A DNA stretch of 64,000 nucleotides from Chiloscyllium plagiosum (Eukaryota), in the NCBI RefSeq assembly GCF_004010195.1, contig NC_057719.1:64361794-64425793 (forward strand), written 5' to 3'. The notes below the pieces were generated by a model that worked only from the letters and a program-made list of their open reading frames with translations, searched no databases and was not told the DNA's origin. Below are positions 1-11,829 of the stretch, piece after piece; within the stretch, counting starts at the first letter, position 1; each line of letters begins with the position of its first letter. Made by a program: the position numbers and the translations under genes.

Positions 1-350
1 ACCAGCCTTCTCTTTTACCCTGACAGGAATATACTTTCTCTGGATTCTTGTTATCTCATTTCTGAAGGCTTCCCATTTTCCAGCTGTCCCTTTACCTGCG
101 AACATCTGCCTCCAATTACCTTTCGAAAGTTCTTGCCTAATACCGTCAAAATCGGCCTTTCTCCAATTTAGAACTTCAACTTTTAGATCTGGTCTATTCC
201 TTTTCCATCATTATTTTAAATCTAATAGAATTAGGGCCGTTGGCCCCAAAATGCTGCCCCACTGACACCTCAGTCATCTGCTCTGCCTTATTTCCCAAGA
301 GTAGGTCAAGTTTTGCACCTTCTCTAGTAGGTACATCCACATACTGAGTC
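1..350 (-). mobile_element. CR1-clade LINE ORF2 fragment, opposite in orientation to the adjacent element
   Basis: Its reverse complement matches 2510-2830 and 52790-53070 (QHFGASDHNSI...EKDRPDLKVE region). Confidence 0.85.
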
Positions 351-3300
351 ATAAAAAAAGGGTTCTGGGTAATCCAAGATGGAGGATGGGAAAAATTTCT
401 GGCTGTAACAGCTGGTTTTTGGGGTGTTTTCAGTGTTGGAGATGATTTCCTCGAATTCTAGGAGCAGCAATTACTGTTTTATATGCTGTTGCATTGTTTT
501 GGAACTTTGGAGAAAAAAAAATCAAAACAACAGCAGCTTTAAAAGGGAGAGGAACAGACAAAGGAAACACATGATGAGGTCAGTGGAGGAGAGAGAGAAA
601 GAAACCCACATTGCTAACTGACAATTAGCAGTTACTGCCTTTGCTGTTCAATTCATGTATTGCTGGACGTCGGAGTGCGTCTGGGAAAATTAAAAAAGTG
701 AAATTCACAACTGATTTTGGAGGAACCTGTTTGGAGAGGTCACAGCACAGAAGCAGATATGTGGATTTTAAATGCGGCCTTAAAATAAGTCTGCAGTAGT
801 GAGTAGAGTGGGTTCTTTCTTGATTATGTGTTTTATTGAGTTATTCCTCTTGATTAAACTTAAAATATAAGCCATAAGCATTAATTTAACCTGGAGCAGT
901 GTTTTGCAGAGGAATAAGACAGTGCTATTTTTGGGTCTGTAGAGTGAAAGAATCAAAAATGGTCCTTAAAGTGATATGCGCTTCTTGTCGGATGTGGGAG
1001 TTTAGGGAGAGCTTACGGGTTACTGAGGATTATATCTGTAATAAATGCAGTTGGTTGCAAATCCTATCAGATGGAATGGATCAGTTGGAGAGGCAGTTAG
1101 AGGCAATGAGGAATTTACAAGAGCAAGGGGATGTGATGGATGGCAGTTATAGGAAGGGGGGAAGTCTCCGATACGGTCACATAGATGGGTTAACTCCAGG
1201 AAACGTAAGAGAGGTAGGCAGATAGTGCAGGAGTCTTTTGTGGATATACCCATTTCAAACAGGTATGCTGTTTTGGAAAATGTAGGAGGTGATGGATTGT
1301 CAGGGGAACGTAGCACAAACAGCCAAATTTCTGGTATTGAGACTGACTGTAATGAGAGGTACAGCGGGTTCCAAGAGATCAATTGTATTAGGGGACTCTT
1401 TAGTCCGAGGTATAGACAGACGTTTCTGTGGCCAGCAGCGAAAATCAGAATTGTGTGTTGCTTCCCTTGTGCCAGGCTCAAGCATGTCTCAGAGAGGGTA
1501 CAGAATGTTCTCAATGAGGAGAGGGACTAGCAGGAGGTCATTGTACACATTGGAACCAATAACACAGGCAGGGAAAAGGTTTAGATTCTTAAGGGAGATT
1601 AGAGACTTGGCAGGAATTTAATAAGGAGGTCCTCAAGAGTAGTAATATCTGGATTACTCCTAGCCAAGATCAAGTGAGGGCAGGCATAGGAGGATAGAGC
1701 AGATGAATGCATGGCTGAGGAGCTGGTGTACAGGAGAAGGATTCACATTTTTGGATCATTGGAATCTCTTTTTTGGGTTTAGAAGTGACCTGTAACAGGA
1801 GGATGGATTGCAGCTAAATTGGAATGGGACTAATATACTGGCAGGGAAATTTGCTCAAGTTGCTCGGGAGGGATTTAAACTAGTAAGATGGGGGTGGGGT
1901 CGGGTGAGGGAGCGGGGACCCAGGGAGATAGTGAGGAAAGATTTCAATCTGACACTGGTACAGTTGAGAACAAAGGTGAGTCAAACAGTCAGGGCAGGTA
2001 GGGTCAAAGCAGAGAACAAGGTAGGACTGATAAATCAAATTGCACTTATTTCATCACAAGAGGCCTAACAGGGAAGGCAGATGAACTCAGGGCATGGTTA
2101 GGAACATGGGACTGGCCTATCACAGCAATTACAGGAAAATGGCTCAGAGATGGACAGGACTGGCAGCTTAATGTTAGGACAGAAAATTGGCGGGGGAGGT
2201 GGTGTTTTTGATAAGGGATAGCATTACACCTGTACTTAAGGAGGATATTTCCAGAAATACATCAAGGGAAATTATTTGGGTGGAAATGAGAAAAAATAGA
2301 AAGGGATGATCACCTTATTGGGATTGTATTACAGACCCCCTAATAGTCAGAGGGAAATTGAGAAACAAATTTGTAAGATCTCAGTTATCTGTAAGAATCT
2401 GTTGTGTTAGGGGGTTTTAACTTTCCAAACATAGACTGGGACTGCCATAGTGTTAAGGGTTTAGGTGGAGAGGAATTTGTTAAGTGTGTACAAGAAAATT
2501 TTCTGATTCAATAGGTGTATGTACCTACTAGAGAAGGTGCAAAACTTGACCTATTCTTGGGAAATAAGGCAGGGCAGCATTTTGGGGCTAGTGACCATAA
2601 TTCTATTAGATTTAAAATAATGATGGAAAAGGATAGACCAGATCTAAAAGTTGAAGCTCTAAATTGGAGGAAGGCCAATTTTGACGGTATTAGGCAAGAA
2701 GTTTCAAAAGCTGATTGGGGGCAGATGTTCACAGGTAAAGGTACAGCTGGAAAATGGGACGCCTTCAGAAATGAGATAGCGAGAATCCAGAGAAAGTATA
2801 CTCCTGTTAGGGTGAAAGGAAAGGCTGGTAGGTATAGGGAATGTTGGATGACTAAAGAAATTAAGGGTTTGGGTAAGAAAAAGAAGGAAGCATATGTCAG
2901 GTATAGACAGGATAGATTGAGTAAATCCTTAGAAGAGTATAAAGGGAGTAGGAGTATACTTAAGAGGGAAATCAGGAGGGCAAAAAAGGGGACATGAGTT
3001 GGCAAATCGAGTTAAGGAGAGTCCAAAGGGGATTTACAAATACATTAAAGGACAAAAGAGTAACTAGGGAGAGAATAGGGCCCCTCAAAGATCAGCAAGG
3101 CGGCCTTTGTGCGAAGCCACAGAAAGTGGGGGAGTATTTTGCATCAGTATTTACTGTGGAAAAGGACATGGAAGATATAGAATGTAGGGAAATGGATGGT
3201 GACACCTTGCAAAAATGTCCATAATATAGAGGAGGAAGTGCTGGATGTCTTGAAACACAAAAGTGGATAAATCCCTAGGACCTGATCAGGTGTACCCTAG

Positions 3301-3748
3301 AGCTCTGTGGGAAGCTAGGGAAGTGACTGCTGCAGCTCTTGCTGAGGTATTTGTATCAATGATACAAACAGGTGAGGTGCTGGAAGACTGGAGGTTGGCT
3401 AATGGGGTGCCACTGTTTAAGAAAGGTTGTAAGGATAAGCCAGGGAACTGTAGACTGGTGAGCCTGATGATGGTGGTGGGCAAGTTGTTGGAGGAATTCC
3501 TGAGGGACAGGATGTACATGTACATGTATTTGGAAAAGCAAGGACTGATTAGGAATAGTCAACATGACTTTATGAGTGGGAAATCATGTTTTGCAAACTT
3601 GACTCAATTTTATGAAGAAGTTACAAAGAGGATTGATGAGGGCAGAGCAGTCGATGTAACCTATATGGACTTCAGCAAGGCATTCGATGAGATTCCCTAT
3701 GGGAGACTGGTGAGTAAGGTTAGATCTCATGGAATACAGGGAGAACAA

Positions 3749-5202
3749 GTCTTATTGAATTCTTTGAGGAGGTGACCAAGCATGTGGATGAGGGTAGAGC
3801 AGTGGATGTAGTGTACATGGATTTTAGTAAGGCATTTGATAAAGTTTGCCATGGTAGGCTTATGTGGAAAGTCAGGAGGCATGGGATAGAGGGAAATTTG
3901 GCCAGTTGGATAGAAAACTGGCTAACCGGTCGAAGTCAGAGAGTGGTGGTAGATGGTAAATATTCAGCCTGGAGCCCAGTTACAAGTGGAATTCNNNNNN
4001 NNNNNNNNNNNNNNNNNNNNNNNNNNNNNNNNNNNNNNNNNNNNNNNNNNNNNNNNNNNNNNNNNNNNNNNNNNNNNNNNNNNNNNNNNNNNNNNNNNNN
4101 NNNNNNNNNNNNNNNNNNNNNNNNNNNNNNNNNNNNNNNNNNNNNNNNNNNNNNNNNNNNNNNNNNNNNNNNNNNNNNNNNNNNNNNNNNNNNNNNNNNN
4201 NNNNNNNNNNNNNNNNNNNNNNNNNNNNNNNNNNNNNNNNNNNNNNNNNNNNNNNNNNNNNNNNNNNNNNNNNNNNNNNNNNNNNNNNNNNNNNNNNNNN
4301 NNNNNNNNNNNNNNNNNNNNNNNNNNNNNNNNGAATATTGGTGGAGTTGTGGATAGTGAGGAGGGCTGTTGTCGGCTGCAGAGGGACTTAGATATGATGC
4401 AGAGCTGGGCTGGGGAGTGGCAGATGGAGTTCAACCCTGCCAAGTGTGAGGTTGTCCATTTTGGAAGGACAAATAAGAATGCAGAATACAGGGTTAACGG
4501 TAGGGTTCTTAGTAAGGTGGAGGAGCAGAGGGATCTTGGGGTCTATGTTCACAGATCTTTGAAAGTTGCCACTCAGGTGGATAGAGCTTGTAAGAAGGCC
4601 TATGGTGTATTAGCGTTCATTAGCAGAGGAATTGAATTCAAGAGTCCAAGAGTCATGAAGTGATGTTGCAGCTGAACAGGACCTTGGTTAGGCCACATTT
4701 GGAGTACTGTGTGCAGTTCTGGTCGCCTCACCTTAGGGAAGATGTGGAAGCTTTGGAGAGGAAGCAGAGAAGATTTACCAGGATGTTGCCTGGAATGGAG
4801 AATAGGTCGTACGAGGATAGGTTGAGAGTGCTAGGCCTTTTCTCATTGGAACGGCGAAGGGTGAGGGGTGACTTGATAGAGGTTTAAAAGATGATCAGGG
4901 GAATAGGTAGAGTAGACAGTCAGAAACTTTTTCCCCGGGTACAACAGAGTGTTACAAGGGGACATAAATTTAAGGTGAAGGGTGGAGGGTATAGGGGGGA
5001 TGTCAGGGGTAGGTTCTTTACCCAGAGAGTGTTGGGGGCATGGAATGCGCTGCCTGTGGGAGTGGCAGAGTCAGAATCATTGGCGACCTTTAAGCAGAGT
5101 TGGATAGGTACATGGATGGATGGGTGCTTAAGCTAGGACAAATGTTCAGCACAACATCGTGGGCCGAAGGGCCTGTTCTGTGCTGTATTGGTCTATGTTC
5201 TA
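3749..5202 (+). mobile_element. Second CR1 subfamily copy (5'-truncated) nested in the RT of the first
   Basis: Splits the host motif GGGAGAAC|TAGCCATTTGG; has its own RT (VDVVYMDFSKAFDKV) and a TATGTTCT tail; contains the N gap. Confidence 0.85.
3995..4332. other. Assembly gap
   Basis: Run of N. Confidence 1.
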
Positions 5203-6344
5203 ACTAGCCATTTGGATACAGAACTGGCTCAAAGGTAGAAGACAGAGGGTGGTGGTGGAGGGTTTTTCAGACTGGAGGCCTAAGACCAGTGGAGTGCCAC
5301 AAGGATCGGTGCTGAGTCCACTACTCTTCTTCATTTATATAAATGATTTGGATGTGAGCATAAGAAGTATAGTTAGTAAGTTTGCAGATTATACCAAAAT
5401 GAGCATAACAGGCACAGTTAGTACGTTTGCAGATTACTCCAAAATTGGAGGTGTAGTGGGCATCAAAGAAGGTTACCTCAGATTACATTGGGATCTTAAT
5501 CAGATGGGCCAATTGGCTGAGAAGTGGCAGATGGAGTTTAATTTAGATAAATGCAAGGTGCTGCATTTTGGGAAAGAAACTCTTACCATTAAGTGTATAA
5601 CTCTTGCTAAGGTCCTAGGGAGTGTTGCTGAACAAAGAGACCTTGGAGTGCAGGTTCATAGCTCCTTGAAATTGGAGTCGCAGGTAGATAGGATAGTGAA
5701 GAAAGCATTTGGTATGCTTTCCTTTATTGGTCAGAGTATTGAGTACAGGAGTTGGGAGGTCATGTTGTGGCTGTACAGGACATTGGTTAGGCCACAATTG
5801 GAATATTGCATGCACTTCTGGTCATTTTCCTATCGGAAAGATGTTGTGAAACTTGAAAGGGTTCAGAAAAGATTTACAAGGATGTTGCCAGCGTTGGAGG
5901 ATTTGAGCTGTAGGGTGAGGTTAAATAGGCTAGGATTGTTTTCCCTGGAGTGTCACAGGCTAAGAGGTGACCTTAGAGGTTTACAAAATCGTGAGGGGCA
6001 TGGATAGGATAAATAGACAAAGACTTTTCCCTGGGGTGGGGAGTCCAGAACTAAAGGACATTGGTTTAGGGTGAGAGGGGAAAGATATAAAAGAGACCTA
6101 AGAGGCAACTTTTTCACACAGAGGGTGGTATGTGTGAATGAGCTGCCAGAGGAAGTGGTGGAGATTAGTACAATTGCAACATTTAAAAGGCATCTGGATG
6201 GGTATATCAATAGGAAGGGTTTGGAGGGATATGGGGCAGGTGCTGATAGGTGGGACTAGATTGGGGTTTGGGATATCTGGTTGGCATGGACGAGTTGGAC
6301 CGAAGAGTCTGTTTCCGTGCTGTAAATCTCTATGACTATATATG

Positions 6345-7970
6345 TGGGAAGTAACTGATTTCGTTGCCCAGAGACTGCAGGAGTACAAGTATGCAAAGAG
6401 GAACCAGCTGCCCTCATGGATAGAGTGGAGAGAGGACATTGTCAATGTACCTTTAGCCAGAGGAGGAACCACCCACAGGCCCCTCTGCAGTCTCCACTCA
6501 GGATACCGGGGAAGAGAGGTAGGCAGGTGCAGAAGTGCATAGACAATTTGGACAGGGACTTGAGATGGTGTGAAGCCTATGGGGTTGACTGACCCGCGAA
6601 ATCAGAGCTGAAAGATCGCTGTTTGAGGGGCACGTGCTGTCAGCTTCAAGTCCCTTCAAGGGGTGACAGCACTCCATCCATATGGTCCATCCACTGCAGA
6701 GAACATGTCTGCAGGTGATCCTTGTACATCACATCACTATGTCTTGTTCACCTCCAAGGCCCAGACATTTCTGACCATTTTATGCAAAGCAAAACCTTTA
6801 GCCACTGACGCCAGTGATGTTAAATTAATGTCTCTCCACCTGCACCAGTGATGTTGTGTTTCTGGACACCATTTAACTGATGTTCACACTGCATACACAA
6901 GGTGCAGCAGCTTCTCAAAACCTCTACTGTCCCCTGGAACGTGCACATGGACTGATATCTGACCTCTGTAACAGTTCCAATAAGGCTTACGCAGAAACAT
7001 GAGCCAACAGATTGTGCAGAGATTGACACTCAATGTAACAAACGTCAATTACAGTGAAATTGTCCCTCGTGCCACCAAAATGCTCTCTAATAGTAATTGA
7101 ACAGTCTGAACACAGTCCAGACCCCCTGAACAATCTTCCCGACAGTATCGGTGACAGCCTCTGGACTGACTGTGACCCACTTGTTGGAGTGCAGAGACAT
7201 AAATCCCTGACCAACAGCACCTTGACTGGATGTATGGCTGCAACCAAGCCCCTGGAATGATCTCGGAGGCTGCCCTCTGCTGGGGACCCCCACGACAGAC
7301 AGCTGCCTCCACAGATATCAAGGAGCACCACTTCTCTTACAACTGCGAGACATGAGAATTTGTTTGCAGCACCTGCAGTGTGTCTGCCATGTAAATGCTG
7401 GCATATGGTGTAGGTGCCAACTTTTCGTAGAAATGTAATGTGCAGAAAGATATTTCCCCCCTTAATGAGCAAGGTAAGCTGTCTGGCTTTGTGTCTGTGG
7501 TAAGAGGCAAGGGAATGAATGCTGTGAGCATTCAGTTGGTACTAAGTTCACCAGAGATCAGCCCTGAGCTGGGATAATGTGGTGTGCATCCCCCCCAAGG
7601 GAGTCCTGAGAGGCCAGCATGTAGTAGGTGTTAGCGTCCATGCGTGTCTGGTGTATACAGCTAAGATAGTGTTGCCAGATGTCCAAGATGGAGGGCTCAG
7701 GGGAGTGTGGGGCAACTCATGTCAAGAACTGTTGGCATCTGGTTTCCTTGCAGCAAGGAATGAATATGAAACTGCATATTAATGAGATTTAACAATCATT
7801 AATCCCTATTAAAATTCATCTTGCTGCTCCCGAACAAGAATCTCAAAACTGTTTGAAAATGTAACAAATTGCTTCCGACTTCAAGATAGGCCTTGCCTCA
7901 CTTATCGCACGTTTTTCCCAGATTTCTCATCATGGCCCATGTCATTCAGATTCCTATAAGATTCCACCGA
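6345..7970. mobile_element. Possible decayed DNA-transposon relic (Harbinger-like?)
   Basis: GC-richer block not explained by LINEs, ending in ...AAGATTCCACC; no intact transposase motif could be read. Confidence 0.25.
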
Positions 7971-8785
7971 CTGTTTCTCTTGCAGCTTGTTATGTAGTTA
8001 TTTCCAGAACACTGAATATTAGGAGTTCCATGCTACATAATAAATGATGCAGCATTAATAATTTACTGCACAACGCTTTGTACTTTGGAAAGTTAAATAC
8101 TGCTCTCGTAGAAACGTAAAAAATATACCAAAACGTGTCAGATCTGGCTTTACTTATTCAGTCCAAGATCCCGAGTGGAAGTAGTTGGATTTAAGAATTA
8201 AAAAATTAGAGTGGGTAACGCCTTTCACAATCTAAAGAGCAATTGAAATACGTTTCACCTAATGGGGAACTAATCCGAATAAGCAGTGACTGAAAATCAG
8301 CTGAAACATCAAGTAGCCAATCAAAAGTAAGAGGTTGCTAAAATCCTTCCCTCAATCTCATGATCTGATCAGTGACAAGTCCAGCCTCCTTCATGCCGTA
8401 CATTGCAAAGGTATACAATACATAGGGCAACGGTTTCTGTAACAAAATATTAATTGTATACATGACCGCTTTGAAGGGTTTTATTTTTACAAACCAAGTC
8501 TTATTCGGGCAGATAGAGAATGAGGTGATGTACTTCAATGCAGCAAATGTTCACCCAAGGAAACAAAAGATGGTAAAAAATACATCGGCAAGTTCAAGCG
8601 CAACGATTCCTCAAAAGTACATTATTTTAAAAGTATGCTAATCTACAAAAACTCCATTATTTTGCTTTTTATTTATATAAACCAAGAATTTGCAAAATTA
8701 TATTCTGTATCGCGTATTAATGTAATATAACAGCTTCCAAGCCACTGTTGCGAGACAAATTATAACATTTGTTTTGATCAAGGGA

Positions 8786-9052
8786 CTGGAACTAACGTTG
8801 TAAAAACAATGACTGCAGATGCTGGAAACCAGATTCTGGATCAGTGGTGCTGGAAGAGCACAGCAATTCAGGCAGCATCCGAGGACAGGCAAAATCGACG
8901 TTTCGGGCAAAAGCCCTTCATCAGGAATAAATCAGGCTTTATTCCTGATGAAGGGCTTTTGCCCGAAACGTCGATTTTGCCTGTCCTCGGATGCTGCCTG
9001 AATTGCTGTGCTCTTCCAGCACCACTGATCCAGAATCTGGAACTAACGTTGT
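8786..9052. mobile_element. Palindromic PLE-derived hammerhead element (family A1) in RDH12 intron 1
   Basis: Perfect 103-bp arms (8829-8931 / 8938-9040); duplication CTGGAACTAACGTTGT at 8786-8801 and 9037-9052. Confidence 0.85.
8941..8976 (+). ncRNA. Minimal hammerhead ribozyme motif (mirror copy on - strand at ~8893-8928)
   Basis: CTGATGA(8945-8951)-A-GGGC-TTTT-GCCC-GAAA-C-GTC(8970-8972); predicted cleavage after 8972. Confidence 0.7.
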
Positions 9053-9153
9053 TAGGTGTCGGCATACCTAGAACTTGTATAATTGCACACCATTTACATT
9101 TACCTTTGCACAGCAAGCAGGGCTTTGAATTACTCCCTGGGCGAAATACTGAC

Positions 9154-9230
9154 CTGATATAGGGGCCAAACGCTGCCAGAAGAAGGGCAGCGATTGCACA
9201 GATCCCAATGATGGTGAATAAGACTGGCAT
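9154..9230 (-). CDS. RDH12: Retinol dehydrogenase RDH12/RDH11-like, coding exon 1 (N-terminal membrane anchor); downstream exons not found in the window
   Basis: ATG at 9230-9228 encodes MPVLFTIIGICAIAALLLAAFGPYI-R, then donor AG|GTCAGT at 9153 (phase 2). A hydrophobic anchor ending in P-x-I-R at a phase-2 intron matches human RDH12 (APSIR) and RDH11 (APQIR). The position next to VTI1B/ARG2 matches vertebrate synteny. Paralog choice rests on orientation only. Confidence 0.75.
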
Positions 9231-9603
9231 CCTGAGCGAGTGAACTGCAGCATCTTTTCTGCAGGAGAGAGGCTGGAAGCAGAGCTGTCAATCAGGCGCT
9301 CCACGGGACCGGATGCGGCTGGGACTACAACTCCCAGAATGCAAGGGGTTGCACGGTCCGTCTCCTTTTCCTTCCCCCGCAAGGGGTGGGGGCGGGGGAA
9401 GATAACAATCAAATGGCGGCTGAAGCAATCAGTAACGACGTTGATGAAACCTCAGGGTGGTGTTGTGGGGGCGGGGTATAGTGTCATGTGATTGCAGAAA
9501 GAGGCGGGGCCTGAAGGGTCGGAAGTTAAGCAGCAGGCTGCTGTTGGTTTTCTACCAGATCGAGATTTAAATCGCCACCTTCCTTTGTTTTAAAAAAAAC
9601 AAA
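9231..9603. promoter_or_regulatory. Bidirectional promoter between RDH12-like and VTI1B
   Basis: 373 bp between divergent ATGs and locally CpG-rich. Contains ACTACAACTCCCAGAATGCA (9324-9343), GC boxes (~9386-9398, 9467-9476, 9501-9510), YY1-like CAAATGGCGGC (9410-9420), GTCATGTGAT (9483-9492) and ETS CGGAAGT (9520-9526). Confidence 0.85.
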
Positions 9604-9700
9604 ATGTCATCCGAGGAATTCGAGAAGATGCACGAAGCCTTTGGCAGCGTTTTGGAGGAACTGAAGTGTCAGTGCGACCGTGTGTCCAACTGTTCAGGAG
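9604..9700 (+). CDS. VTI1B: VTI1B Qb-SNARE, exon 1 of 6
   Basis: MSSEEFEKMHEAFGSVLEELKCQCDRVSNCSG resembles human SSEHFEKLHEIF; donor GAG|GTGAGA at 9701. Confidence 0.93.
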
Positions 9701-9919
9701 GTGAGACTGAGGAAATGCTGGCTTGTTGTAGATCAGGTTTGTTGATAGGCCATTCAGTCCATCCAGCCTGTTCCACCATTCAGTGCGGTCATGGCTGACC
9801 TGACATTTATTAACGAAAGTTTTCTATTTCCCCTCTTTTTTTTGGGAGGCAGTCTTTCTCACTCTATGCAGTCTGTAATCAGTCTGGCCTGTGTAGTTCT
9901 TGTGCACAGCTCAGGTCCT

Positions 9920-10366
9920 GCATCCTACATACAGCCCTGCTCCCATGGGCATCCTACATACAGCCCTGCTCCCATGGGCATCCTACATACAGCCCTGCTC
10001 CCATGGACAGCGTACGTACAGCCCTGCTCCCATGGACAGCGTATGTACAGCCCTGCTCCCATGGACAGTGTATGTACAGCCCTGCTCCCATGGACATCCT
10101 GTGTACAGTCCTGCTCCCATGCAAATCCTGCATACAGCCCTGCTCCCATGCAAATCCTGCATACAGCCCTGCTCCCATGCACATCCTGCGTACAGCCCTG
10201 CTCCCGTGCACATCCTGCGTACAGCCCTGCTCCCGTGCACATCCTGCGTATAGCCCTGCTCCCATGCACATCCTACGTACAGCCCTGCTCCCATGCACAT
10301 CCTGCGTACAGCCCTGCTCCCATGCACATCCTGCGTACAGCCCTGCTCCCATGGACATTCTACATA
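9920..10366. repeat. 29-bp minisatellite, ~15 copies, in VTI1B intron 1
   Basis: Unit approximately TACAGCCCTGCTCCCATGCACATCCTGCG, with variant blocks. Confidence 0.95.
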
Positions 10367-11815
10367 CTTGATCAGGTGTACCCTAGGACTCTATGGGAAG
10401 CTAGTGAAGTGATTGTTCTGCCCCCTACTGAGATATTTGCATCATCAATAGTCACAGGTGAGGTGCTGGAAGACTGGAGATTGGCTAACATGGTGCCATT
10501 ATTTAAGAAAGGTGGTAAGGAAAAGCCAGGGAACTATCAGGCTCATCGGTCGACACCAGTGATGATCAAGTTGTTGGAAGGAATTCTGAGGGACAGGATT
10601 TGCATATATTTGGAAAGGCAAGGACTGATTATGGATAATCAACATGGCTTTGTGCGTGGGAAGTCATGTGTCACTAACTTGATTGAGTTTGTCAAAGAAC
10701 TGACAAAGATGATTGATGAAGGTAGAGAGTTGAATGTGGCATATAAGGACTTCAGCAAGGTGTTCGACAAAGTTCCACATGGTAGACGGGTTAACAAGGT
10801 TAGATCATTATGGAATACAGAACTAGCCATTTGGAAACACCTGCTCCAAGGTGGAAGACAGAGGGTGGTGGAGGAGGGTGGCTTATTGGTTTGGAGGTCT
10901 GTGACCAGTGATGTGCCACAAGGGTTGGTTATAGATGACATCAAAATTGGTGGTGTAGTGGACAGCCAAGAAGGTTCTCTCAGAGTACAATGAGATCTTG
11001 ATCAGATGGGCCAAGGGGACGAGGAGTGGCAGATGGTCTTTAATTTAGATAAATGTGAGGTGTTGCGTTTTTGAAAGGAAAACCAGGGCAGGACTTATAC
11101 ACTTAATAGTAAGGACTGGGGAGTGTTGCTGAACAAAGGAACCTTGGAGTGCAGGTTCATAGTTCCTGGAGAGTGGAGTCACAGGTAGATAGGGTAGTGA
11201 AGAAGGCATTTGGTATGCTTATCTTTATTCGCCAGTGCACTGAGTGTAGGAGCCAGGATATCATATTGCGCTGTACAGGATATTGGTTGGGAATACTGCA
11301 TTCACTTCTGGTCTCCCTGCTATAAGAAAGATGTTGTGAAACTAGAAAGGGTTCACAAAAGATTTATGAGGATATTGCCAAGGTTGGAAGGTTTGAGCTA
11401 TAAGGAGAGGTTGAATAGGCTGGGGCTGTTTTCCCCAGAGCATTGAAGGCTGAGGGATGACCTTAGGTTTGAGGGGCATGGATAGGGTAAATAGACAAGG
11501 TCTTTTTTTTTCCAGGGTAGGGGAGTCCAAAACTAGACAGCATAGATTTCAGGTGTGAAGGAAAAATTTTAAAAAGGACCTAAGAAGCAACTTTTTCACA
11601 CAGAGGGTGGTGCGTGTGTGGAACAAGCTGCCAGAAGAAGTGGTGGACGCTGGTACAATTACAACATTTAAAAAGCAGCTGGATGGGTATATGAATAGGA
11701 AGGGATATGGGCCAAGTACTGGCAAATGGGACTAGATTAATTTAGGTATCTGGTCGGCATGGACAAGTTGGACCTAAGAGTCCATTTCCATGCTGTACAA
11801 TTCTGTGACTTTATG
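10367..11815 (+). mobile_element. 5'-truncated CR1 LINE (RT + 3' tail)
   Basis: DQVYPRTLWE, PLFKKGGKEKPGNY, QHGF, DFSKVFDKVPH, VPQG; internal deletions. Confidence 0.92.
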
Positions 11816-11829
11816 AGTATAGTGTGCAA

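Larger units (their letters stand above)
360..6340 (+). mobile_element. Near full-length degenerate CR1-clade LINE (5' UTR, ORF1 zinc finger + SGNH esterase, ORF2 APE-RT)
   Basis: ORF1 remnants CASCRMW/CNKC and IVLGDSLVRG; ORF2 [14 protein letters not shown], RPxLEYC; 3' tail CTCTATGACT; many frameshifts. Confidence 0.92.

Noticed and set aside
8803-9040. Palindromes as MITEs or miRNA genes
   Set aside because: The arms are asymmetric, duplications are 14-17 bp and variable, and the same sequence occurs singly and as the tail of a GIY-YIG retroelement.
8868-9153. ORF continuation of the RDH exon to 120 aa
   Set aside because: A canonical donor at 9153 sits at the conserved intron position; the rest is intron and repeat.
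8698-9162. Short ORFs recurring at 8809, 51124, 59889 and 63508 (ETSIL...GCCL.CCA) as a small protein family
   Set aside because: They are translations of the non-coding family A repeat; the conservation pattern fits RNA structure.
9920-10366. 29-bp array as a CRISPR array
   Set aside because: Units are head-to-tail with no unique spacers, there are no cas genes, and the context is a eukaryotic intron.
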